NCBI GenBank assembly: GCA_904063045.1
Contig: CAJFCJ010000012.1
Location: 1,054,001 to 1,118,000, forward strand
Origin: Dimorphilus gyrociliatus
Taxonomy: Eukaryota; Animalia; Annelida
Length of the DNA: 64,000 bases
Reading direction: 5' to 3'
Shown here: in pieces, positions 39,909 through 51,563 of the stretch
How positions within the stretch are numbered: the stretch's first letter is position 1
Layout of the letters: each line of letters opens with the position of its first letter
The notes under the pieces: generated by a model
What the model saw: the letters and a program-made list of their open reading frames with translations, nothing else
What the model was told of the DNA's origin: nothing
The model's database searches: none
Position numbers and translations under genes: made by a program

Positions 39909-41541
39909 ATGGATTACGCAAACTACCTATCCAGCAGCAATCCTACAGCAAATGCAGCTGTAGCATGCTCTTTCAGCCAATGCTCTTTGGATGTTTCTTC
40001 TTCTCAAACTCCCCAGCTAACAGCACCATCAGCTTATTCGGACCTTCAACCCACTCATTGTCAAATGCCACCACCGACAGCCTATCGTTACAATCCAATG
40101 CATGGATTCCCTGCTCCGCCACCCACCGATACATGCACAATGATGGCTAGAAGAGAAGGTTCAAGCGTTGGAGCCGCTCAATTAGGTCACCATATGGGGC
40201 ACCAAGCAATGTTCGGTTCCCATCATGCCGCAGGTTAGTTTCCTCATTACGTAAAAATGCGCAATCCAATGCTCTCAAACTTATAATGAGGTCACTGTCG
40301 CGACGGGCGTCACGTGCATCTTAGACACCGAATACTCCCATACAAGAGTAGGCGTCACCTTTGCACGTGCACCAATTGTTGACAAGCGTCACTAATCGCA
40401 TTTAATAGCTGTTGTTTGTTTATTGACTCTGATCGCGACGTCCGCCGACGAGCGTCCAATGTCGTCTGCCAATCGGCAGCGTCGTCACGGCAAATGAATA
40501 TATCAAATTCGGTGGGGATAGCGTGAAATTCGAATGAGACGGCAATGAGAAAAAGAGTTTTCGATACGACTCCGTTGGGAGGGTACGCAGATACGCAGTA
40601 ATAGTTTCACATTTGGCGCTTTGTGTCCGTGAAATATTGATGCGCGTCTAACAGATAATTACTGTATTATTCTTTGCCCCTTTGTTCCCTATCACTTCAA
40701 AGGGCAATCACATTCTTTTTGCCCCGTATCACTTACGTTATTCGATATGATGATGTATGAAATGTTTGATTCCGTAAATTTAAACAACAAAATCGAGAAT
40801 GTTGCAGTATTTTATTCATTTTTCTATTAGCAGGTATTTCCCAGTACAAAATGTACGCCACTGCAACCGCCGCTGCTGCTGCAGCTCACGTAGCTCATGC
40901 CGGTCATAGCGGAAGTGGTTCGTCTGAGAAACGGAAGCAAAGACGAATCCGAACAACATTTACATCGGCTCAATTAAAAGAACTTGAGCGAGCCTTTGCG
41001 GAGACACATTACCCAGATATCTATACGAGAGAGGAGATAGCAATGAAAATTGACTTAACCGAAGCCCGTGTTCAAGTATATATATTTCCAATTTACATAA
41101 AATTAATCTCTTGTTTTTCCTAATAAATAAATTTATTCATTCATTTCATACTTTTATAAAATTATAGGTCTGGTTTCAAAATCGAAGGGCTAAATTTCGT
41201 AAAATGGAGAGGATCAAGCAACAAAGCCAATCGGTAACGAGCGGTAACAGTAATAAAGAACAACAGCAGTCGCCTTCTAAGGATGTTAAGAAAGAATCGA
41301 TAAATGGTAAGAGTAGAAAAGATAAATGTCTGCTTTTCTTTTAAAGGAAAAAGAAAACCTTTTATTTAATTAAACAGCCCTCTTTCTTTTTATAGGAACA
41401 ACAAAGTCACAAAATTCAGAACAATCTAAATGGTCATTACCATCAGATTCTAAATTGACTTCCAATCAATCTAACGTCCAGGGACCTTATTCGTCTTTGC
41501 TCTCTTCCACGCCATCTACTGACAGTTCTCAATACGATTAA
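39909..41541 (+). CDS. Phox2: Paired-like homeobox protein Phox2
   Basis: Exons 39909-40233, 40834-41075, 41168-41306, 41396-41541. Homeodomain [50 protein letters not shown]|[15 protein letters not shown] is near-identical to PHOX2A/B. N-terminal MDY..YL and AYRYNP and C-terminal GPYSSLLSS resemble Phox2-family motifs. Confidence 0.95.
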
Positions 41542-44500
41542 GTCAATCAATACCTGTAACTTTATAATATATAAAGCATATGTATAATATCTATTTTTGT
41601 TTAAGTTGTGAAAAGAAAAAATGTTTATTTGTATGTATATTTAAATGTTTAAATAACTAACGTCTATTACATTTTGTTCCTATTTTACATCCTCTATAAA
41701 TAACTCTCTTTCTATCTTTCTCTTTCTTTATCTTACTAACTAAAATTTTCTTTCTCCTTTTAACACCCTTTTCTTATTTTCTCTCCCAAAAGAAACCACC
41801 ACCATGTTTATTTTGCCTTTGTTTATTATTTTTATTCGTTGTATTAAGATCAGTATTAATTTTAGTGTTTGTGTTATTTTGTGCCAATTTTTAAGTATTA
41901 TGAAAAATTAACATTCCACTATTCGAAGCTTTTAAAAAAATGACAAAAAATGACGTCTTCCATTTTTTTTTCTTTGCAGAATACAGAAAAAGTCATTATT
42001 TTCATCGAACACATTTCCATATTTTCTTTTATTAGAAAAGTAGAACAAAACTAAAAATAAGAGGGGAAAAATAGAAAAAAAAAGTAAAAGACAATAAATG
42101 TAAGTGCCAATAAATTATGCAGGAATAAATTGAATTAGGATTTTAAAACAGTCTTATATCGCTATTTTATTCTCTCTTTGTTATATTTTAGCTTAACTAG
42201 AGGATCATATGATATTTCTAGTCCTGTTTTGTAGCTACTTGTTATTGTCCTTTGGTTGGGTGACTTTAAAAAATTCGAGTTCTTTTATATTCTTTTTTTT
42301 CTATATAATAGACATGCAAATAGTTAATTTAATAATAAAGTAAGACAGGAGTATTGAACTGTCAAAGAGTATGTAACAGGAGTAAAAAAAAGTCTTTTTA
42401 TGATATGAATAAATGAATAAAACGCAAATTGAAAAGGTAAGGATAGAGTGGGTGGAGATAGATAGACTAGGGAATAAAAGGGAAAAAAGAAGGAAGGCGG
42501 GAGGCTAAAGAAGATTTATTCGTGTACTTTCATTTTCATATGAAAAGAATTTTACAAGAGGTTAAACCTTTCTTATTTAAAAATATAAATTATTTTTTTC
42601 AATTTCACTTTTTACTCTCCTTAAACAAATATATGTAATAAAAGGTATAGGAATTACATTGACCTAGCTGTTTTACCATTCTAGACCTAATTAGCACTAC
42701 TGAAGAGAATTGTTTATCTAAGGCGATACTCTTTTAATTTCTCACTCAAACTCAATCCCTGATTAAGGTAAAAGCTTGAATTTCTAGATAAATATATTTC
42801 TTTTTACATTCTCCAGAAAAGAGTGGAAAGAGGAAAGAAAGACTATTGTATAATATAACAAGAAAGGTGGATAGAAGAGCCATCTGTCGGACTATGAAGG
42901 TTTCAATAGGAAATGTTGTTGAAAAGAAATCATTGAGGACCACATGCTGTTAAATCTATTAAGTTTATTCAGAATAGGACATTTTTTTGACGTAGCTTGT
43001 TATATCTGACAAAATTATAGTCGAGGGCGGTGGTATGCAATTAAACTATGGTCTACATTGTAGACTAAGCTCTAAATAATGGTTTAATTTTATTGCATTA
43101 AGAATTAAGCAAATGGGGTTTTTGCTCTTACTCTATCAATCCAATTAACGTTTTCTTTCTTTAAATACCTTTAAAATTATTTGTAAATAAATAAGCCAGT
43201 TATTGGACAGAGAGAGAGAGAGAGAGAATACGATTATATATTAATATTTCTAATTGTTAAAGCATTTGTCATTGAAAAGAAATTTCACGCCAAAATATTT
43301 TATTATCGTTTATCTTTTATTCAAGTACAAAGAGAATATTTATATATTTATTTAACGTTACGATTTACTATTTATTTTTAAATAAAATTCTCTTAAATTC
43401 ACGTAGATAGATCATTTCTTAACCGTTACTCTATACTATTATATACTAATATAAATATAAATGAATGTAACACAACGTTTACCGCCATCTATCGGATTAT
43501 TATGCCTATACTAAACAAATATTAACTTATTGGTCTAGAAAGAATAGTATTAAGGATTAGTCTAGTGTATGATTTCTAAATCGAGCGAACGATACGCTGT
43601 TGCCTTATTATAAAGCCTACTCAAAATCTATTAGGTCTAAGGTTATAAAGCGGAGAATTTTTTTCTTAAATTGTTGAATGCGATAAGTATCTGATACGCA
43701 TTGAACGAAAGATGAATAGAATTGAGTAATCAAAATCTAAACAACCAACTAAATCACTCATTGAACCAATTAAAGCCAATTAACAGGTAGATTATTTACA
43801 AGAAAAAGGTGGGCGGAGTTAGCAAAGAGAATTGTCAATGAACCAATGTAGTTTTTGTTGACTAAATGAATAAAATTAGTCGAGACCCTGGAAATTCGAC
43901 CAAGCGCTCTATGTTAAATTGCCGTTATGGCTTAAGACTACTTTTTAAAATAAATATTTCCGTCTAAAATAGTTTTTCAAATTTAGTTAGTGTAAAAGCT
44001 TGACACCATAAACTTCCGGTCTCAATCTCGTCCACTATTATAATAGATGGCGTTGTTTGCTTTAATTGTTTGCTAAACATAAAAATTACTTTGTAATAAA
44101 CTTAGTCGCACCATACAATATAACAATTCCCTGTTGGGTAGTAAAGAAAAACTGATTGAAAGATAATGCGTCAAATAGTTTAACTATCTTGTAATACAAA
44201 CACGACTCTTTGGTAGGCCGTGCGGCTTTCTATTCTTCTCTTTCTTTCTTCTTCTCATCTATTCAATCTTTTTTGCGCGCGAAAATTAATTAAGCTACTC
44301 GACGCTTCGTGCGTGCAAGCGGCCGAAAAGGAATGCGCGGAAACTTTATAGCGTCAATTCAGCTACAAATAAAAAGTTATTACTATATGAAATATTAACG
44401 ATTTGCCGGTTTCTTCAAAGAAAGAAAAAAGTAGGAGGAGTCTACTGGTACGTCTAACGTTGTCGAGCCGATGGCAAGAAAGTGATAGCAGTCTGTAATC

Positions 44501-45342
44501 ATGCGGCCAGCCGCTTTTCGGCACCTGTTTTCGCCCTCTTTTTCCAATCGAAGATGATTATATGGACAATCGGCAACTATTTGTCGTACATTGTTCTGTG
44601 CTTGAAAAAGCCACATTCTGCACGCATCAAATGCTTGACGACGCATGAAAGAACTCGACTCGGTAGCTCAATAGAGGCCTGACTCCGTTCCACAAAGACT
44701 CTCACCACGACCTAGTCGAATTAATTTGTCGCCTAAATAGGCCGACTTAGCGTGCGTTATATATTGTATATATTTTGTAAATTTCTCCTAAGGGATCGTT
44801 TTTTTTGACAACGCTGAACAGATGCCCGACGTATAGGTTATATAGAAATCTCTGTTGCTTTCGAAATTTAGATTCCTTTCGAACAGGTGGACTTGCCGCG
44901 CTGCCTAGTTCGGGCCACTGATTTTGTTACGTCACTAATTGAAGACAGCGTTGAAATTTCCCCCTATCAGAGCTCCTACGCATATAGTGCAAGGCCAATA
45001 TGTCGACGAAATGTGTCCTATTCAAATTGTGGACAATAGCGGCGAAGTCAATTCAAAGTCACAATTGAATAAGACCTCTTTTTTAATATAAGCCATTCAC
45101 AATTCGATCGAAAAAGTCGATTGAACGGCATATACGTCGTTTGGGGCGATCCGAACGGTACTTTTCGTTATGCGGCTCGCGTATAACGGACAATGAACAG
45201 AATGAAGAACGTATAGAATGGAAGAGTCAATTAACACGTCGTCATATATTGTGTAAAGTAAACAGGCTATACAACTACTGACGGTGGCAGTGAATGTATT
45301 GAAGGGCACAGCAGGAAAGAAGGCGCCCTGCACAACACTCGG

Positions 45343-45347
45343 CCAAT
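45343..45347 (+). promoter_or_regulatory. CCAAT box upstream of tailless paralog A (paralog B has ATTGG at 56183-56187 and 56232-56236 upstream of its ATG)
   Basis: GGCCAATCGG 64 bp upstream of the ATG at 45411, inside a GC-rich island. Matching CCAAT boxes occur on the minus strand upstream of paralog B. Confidence 0.3.
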
Positions 45348-45410
45348 CGGCGTTCGAATATCGAGCTACTATTATTCGAAAAGTTTCGAGTCAGTCATGT
45401 TGCACTGCAG

Positions 45411-48400
45411 ATGACAACAGTGATGAACACGCAACCAACTTCAAGTAAGTTTAACTTTATTCTTTGTATTATAGTGTTCAATTCATCCGAGTCTATTCAA
45501 TATCTTCTTTTAAAAAAAAATCTATTTATCCATTTATGTGACAGAGGCTGTCGCCTTTTCACTTATATATTTAAATATATATATATATATATATAAGCTG
45601 TGAATATTTATAAAAAATAAGCAATATGGTGTCTCCGGTTTATAGATAGTTGTTGGTGAGAGAGTTAAAGCTGAACTAGATTTGATATTTATGAATATTA
45701 ATATACAAATATTAAAATACAACTTCTCGATTTAGTCAATCAGTCAATCAGTCAATCGGTCAGTTTATCTGTTTCCTATTATCCAGAGTATTAAGCTCTA
45801 TAATGTCGCTCATCGCCCGATCGTGATCATTTCAAAGTAACCTTCTATTTGCTTACCGATTTTCGTCTATGTAATCGCGATCTTTATAGTCAAACTAGTA
45901 GTTCGATTAGGTGCGAAACATTCTATACACTACGTTGAGTTATAGGATTAAAATCACCATATTTCTTTTTTTTTCTGTCCTTTTATTTATTTCGCTAATA
46001 GACTTTTAATAGACTGACCGACCGACTTCCGATTCTGTATAGCGTGCCATTGGCAAATTAATCTCGTCTGAAAAGACTGCCTCTCTCTTCGAAGATTAAT
46101 TTATGTTTTTGTGTTGAGCAATTTGTCATTCGTTCTATTCAAAGCTTTTGAAAGCAGCAAACCGTTTTATATATAATCGTGTGTTTATTACTTAATACCG
46201 GCGGTCGTTTAGGTCAACAAGTATTACACGGAAGAATATCTAAACTGACTATAATATATTATGTAGAAAAATTTGTTTCGTTCCGATCGAATTACCAAGT
46301 CAAATACTAGATCGTGAGAACTATATTGTTGAATTGTAGCTATTTTATACGACGAAGGAAAAAATAGTCTTTACTTCAAGGGCCTGTTCCACTATAACGC
46401 GCGTTTAATATGTGTGTAAGAAAGGCGCCAACTCACTTGGATATATAGGCCCATAGATGGACGCGAATGGGACGTGTTGTATACAAACGGTGAATTTATT
46501 GACACGGCAGTAAAGTGGGAACAGTTTTTTTTGTCAAATTCACGCGTTATATGAAAAGCGAAGGATTTTCTCTTTTTATTGTTTAATTTGTTTATCATCT
46601 CCTATTATTCTACAAATATTTTTTCTAAGAATGTTAAAATATGGAGGAGAGAAAGAGAAAGCGCGCGTAAAAAAAGTAAGGAAAGCTCCAGTGGTGTTCA
46701 ATTTCGGAGAGAAGGGCAGTTTCGCGTTTCGAAAGTTGGTAACAAAGGTGCCTTATGATTACGGAGGGTAGGATAAGGTGCAGATGGCGGATGCGTGTAG
46801 AAGGCGAAAGTGAATCTGTTACACAACAGTCGCCTAGAAAAAATTGACGGCTCAAATGAGAAACATTTAGCACGAGATAATTTCCTGAAAGCGAAAGGTT
46901 CTTGTATGAACAAGCCATGCATTTTTAAATGAGAAAAGGCGCGCGCAGGTGGGCGGTGCCTTTGTGACGACGTCGCTCACTACCGGTACCTGCATTAATT
47001 ATGGAGACGCTCGTAATTAACTCAACTAGTAATTGAGTGTACTGTCAGCGGCGTCACGAAAGCGTCGAAAGTAACTGACGTAACTATTGTCGTGATTTGC
47101 TACGACGTCTCCTGTGACGTCCACTTACGGCGTTCGGTGACAGTTGGCCGATGCATCTTCCCACTATTGCATCATAGTCCGTAATTGTAGAGTTAATGAA
47201 AAAGTGTCAGCGTGAGTTATGGAGTTTTCGCCATGCTAGATGGCGTAAAAAATTTGAATTTAAATAACCATTAAGAATTCTTTAATGAGGGGGGGTAACC
47301 TAGAGGGGGTGGGTGGCGATTCTAGGTTTGCTTTCTTGCATGGATTTTTTCGTACCAGAACATCAAAGCATGTCGAATGTAATTGAAAACGTGCTGGAAC
47401 GGAACAAATTCATATCGTCTGTTTTCTTTTCGCAACTCGGTTTTTACTCGACAGTTTACCTAAAATTTCCAAAAGCGTCTAAATATTTGCCTAACACGTT
47501 CAGGTCGAATCCTTTTGGATGTTCCGTGCAAAGTTTGTCGTGATCACTCCAGCGGAAAGCATTACGGAATTTACGCATGTGACGGGTGAGTATATTACGG
47601 TTATACAGATAAAAAATCACGTGACATTCCATTGTGTCAGCTGACGTCATAATTAGTATTATTTTTTTTTGCAGGTGTGCCGGATTTTTTAAGGTGAGTT
47701 TCAATATATACTTGATGGTCAAAATCTAGGTCAAAATGCCCACTTCTCACAGCGCTCCATTCGACGCAATCGCCAATATGTATGTAAATCAAAAAGTCAG
47801 GGCGAATGCCCAGTTGATAAAACTCATAGGAACCAATGCAGAGCTTGCCGATTACGAAAATGCCTAGAAGCCGGTATGAATAAAGATGGTAAGTAAACTT
47901 TAAACTTTAATTTTATTTATTCATTATTTATTACGGGAAAGTTAAATATGGCAAACAAAAAAGCTGAAAAGTATACTATGTATCCGAGTTATTTACAGAT
48001 ATATTAATAGCTTTTAAAGAGCAAATATATAACAAGTATATATTAGAAAAAGTGTAATAAAGCAAGAGTGTAGACTATATACGTAGTATAAATATATAGC
48101 TTTATAGATATATTTAAATATATATTTAGTCATAGTCTTTATAAATATGAATGTGCTAAAAACGACAAAAGTGCTTTTCACACAATCAAAAATCGCGGTC
48201 GGTTAAACCAAAAAAAAAAATTAAAGAGCTATGGGAACTGATCGCGCGAGACGATTTTATTATACTGTCGAAAAAAGATTAAGTAGTTAATTGATTGTTA
48301 GGTTAGACGAACGTTCGATTCGTTCGACCGTTTAATTCGCCTAACGATTGCCTAAAGGCGTTTAAACCGAACAGTATAGATAAGCATCATTACATGCGTA

Positions 48401-50111
48401 TTGAAATCGCCTTTATAGAAAAAAAGGGAATTTGTAGGCCTTTCACTTCGTTTAGGTGCGCATGCTCATCTCAAGTTGCACTGGATCTACAAAGCATTTT
48501 TACGCCTCATTAGTATTCAATGTAGTCTTCATCGTCTATATAAACATACCAAGACTCATTATAGCCGAATGAGGTCTTGTGTCAGTCTTGTTGATCGCGT
48601 TAGGGGGCGCTTGTTACAATCAAAGTGAAAATTATTTGCTTCAGTTTGAGTTATATTTATAAATATGTACAAATAAGCTTCGGTAAATTTCTATTAATAG
48701 CTTTGAAAGAGAAATGTTACTTTTTGGTCTTGAGAATGCGCGTGTGCTGCTAAATTAAAAAAAGTGTACAATAGCTGTATGGTCTTTTTATCGAGACGCT
48801 TCATCTTTAGTATGTCAATAGTGACGCGATGAGAAGACGCAAGTGTTCGATGCTATCAGACAACTTGTATTAATGTCATTTGCATATTAGTGACGGTTGA
48901 ATGCTTTGATTGAACGCCAGCGTGTTGATCAATGGAACGAATGTTGTGATTAGAGGAATTTCGAAACGCCGCTGCCAATTTGTGTGGAAAATACGCTCCA
49001 GATTCACTGCGCTGATTTGTCTACTCTACAATTCCTAATTGCTCTCGCGCTAACGCTCACCTTTCACACTAAGTCGCCAGGTGCTAGGTGGAGCCATAGG
49101 CACCAAACGCCCTTCGATACGCTAATCATTCAAGCGTCTTGACCTTTTGCAGCTGTACAACATGAACGAGGACCTCGTAATTCAACTATACGCCGTCAGA
49201 TGGCTCTCTATGTTAAAGAAAAGGCCGAAGCAACAACTAGGGTTCTTCCGCCGAGTGCTCCTGCACCTCCTATTCCAACTTTGTCGGCGGCTTCTCCTGT
49301 TCCAATTACGCCCATGTCGCAACCGGCCCTTTTATCTGCAGCCATACATTCGGGAATGCTAATTCCGCAACGATATCCTCCAGAACTGATTACGGCAGCC
49401 TATTTAGCCAATCCGGAGGCTGTTTGCGAAACGGCGGCTAGACTCCTCTTTATGTCAGTTAAATGGGTAAAAAATGTGCCAGCGTTCGTTGGTCTTGCAT
49501 TTAAAGATCAAGTAACGCTCCTCGAGGAAGGTTGGAGGGAATTATTTGTTTTAGGCGCTGCTCAGTTCCTTATGCCAGTTGATCCTCAATCTTTATTAGC
49601 CACGTCACCCCTTTCCCGTGAAGATGGTTCATCATCCGAAGCTTTCAATCAATTATCAAGCGAATTAAAATCATTGAAGGAGATTATTGACAAATTAAAA
49701 GCAATGCAAGTTGACCAAACTGAATATGCTTGTTTAAAAGGCGTCGCTCTTTTCAAAACTTGTAAGTGTATACTATTCGAACGTTTTTAATACGTAAAGT
49801 GTTTTACGTCACCTTATATAAATTATAATACCCGATTATACTCTCACTTCGCAGCTATTGAAGAAGGTCGGTCGCTTCTTGATGTTCCTTCGATTGCCTC
49901 TTTGCAAGATCAGGCTCAACTCACCCTTAATAAGTATATTCAAACCGCCTATCCTACTCAACCGTCTCGATTCGGTAAGCTTCTCCTACTCTTACCAAAT
50001 CTGAAGAATGTATCTTGCACCACCATCGAACAAGTCTTCTTTAAAAGAACAATCGGAGCCGTGTCTATGGAGAAAATTATTATAGATATGTACAAATCAC
50101 CGGACTTTTAA
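45411..50111 (+). CDS. tll: Tailless / NR2E1-type orphan nuclear receptor, paralog A, 378 aa
   Basis: Exons 45411-45444, 47504-47585, 47675-47693, 47753-47888, 49153-49761, 49855-50111. [95 protein letters not shown] (7-residue D-box typical of tll/TLX). [18 protein letters not shown]...FFKRTIG...DMYKS. Confidence 0.95.
45734..45757 (+). repeat. Three perfect copies of AGTCAATC in intron 1 of tll-A
   Basis: AGTCAATC AGTCAATC AGTCAATC followed by GGTCAGT. Confidence 0.9.
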
Positions 50112-51563
50112 AAAGTTCATTGTTATTTCGTACATAAAAAATTAATGAATGTTTAAAAAATGATCAAAATTGAAAAATAGCAAACGTCTGGCCATAAATG
50201 CTTGCCTGATCACAGAAAAGAATTTTCTCTATTCTATTTCTTTTTATTGCAAAATTGTATTTATCACATCTGTATTGTAGACGTATAGTTTTATATAAAT
50301 ACCACACTATGGCAGGTATATCTCATTTATACATATACACTGTATATATGTATATAAGAAATATATCTAGTAGTGCATTTACATGTACATAACGCGATGG
50401 AGTTTATTGAATAGACATAAACAGACACCATATGCTTAAACATGTACATGTATACATCTGTATATACATATTTAATAAATATATAATATGGTATTAAGTG
50501 TTTACACGTTTATCGTCTTTTTTTTTAAAAAAAAAGGGCAATTATGGGATTCTTTTTGACTAGGGTGTAAATCTATTTGCAATGCATTTTATATTTGAGC
50601 TTCAAAACTGTTACTTTTACTTTTATTATTTTTTTTTGCACTGCTATAAAATCTTAATTTTTAATATAAAGTATATTCTTTTGATGTATATGGAATTTCA
50701 CCGTTTTTACTATTATTTCTACTTGTTTTTTTTTTGGAGAATATAATTTTCGAATGTAAAATTTCGAAGGAATGTAAAAAGCGTGGCAATTTCAACGCAT
50801 GAAACTTTAAACGTCAAACCGGACGGCGTTTGCGTGTTGAGTATCAAAAGCATTTTAAAAGCATTTCTTTATAAATTATGTAAGGCATTCCCAAAAAAAG
50901 GCTGTCGACTTTTCTCTTTATTATTTTCTATATTTGTATATTATAAATAAATAAAAAGTAAATTGAAAGTATGTGAAAGAAAGAATGTTTGTAGATCATT
51001 AACCGCTTGAACGAACGTCAAAATGTGATCAGCAAGGCCCCCCTGCCATCACGTGACTGTAGGCGATTTCAACAGCGAGTTTGGGGCACGTAGAGCTATG
51101 ATTAAACATGGCCAGTTATGATGAGCTACCCTTCGGCCACTGCCTGACGCCTTTGTTAGAATGGTTTAATACACAGCCCCCCGTTGGTAGCGTACCGGCC
51201 CATGCACGAACCAACCCGGTTATTTAATTCGTAATATGTTTATTTTTTTGCATAGATATCCTTCCAAGCACAAGTACATACTCTCATCTCTTTTTTTTGC
51301 ATTTTTTATATGACAAAAAGTTAAAACATATTCTTTTCATAAAATAGAATTATAGGCATATAGAAAAAAACGCTATAAAAGGCATAAATACATAGAGATA
51401 TACATTTGTTTACTTATAAATATATATATATAGATATATATATATATACTAATATATATATATATAAATCTATATAAAAAAGCTTTAAGCTCTTATGAAT
51501 ACAGTTTATAGATATAAGTTTATTGTATTTGTTTTTAAACTGTATAAATAACAGCCCAATTCT

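Noticed and set aside
47196-47211. Alternative first coding exon for tll-A (MKKCQ, phase 1, GTGAGT donor)
   Set aside because: Exon 45411-45444 yields ...PTS|SRIL, matching paralog B and known tll/TLX N-termini; 47196 remains only a possible minor start.
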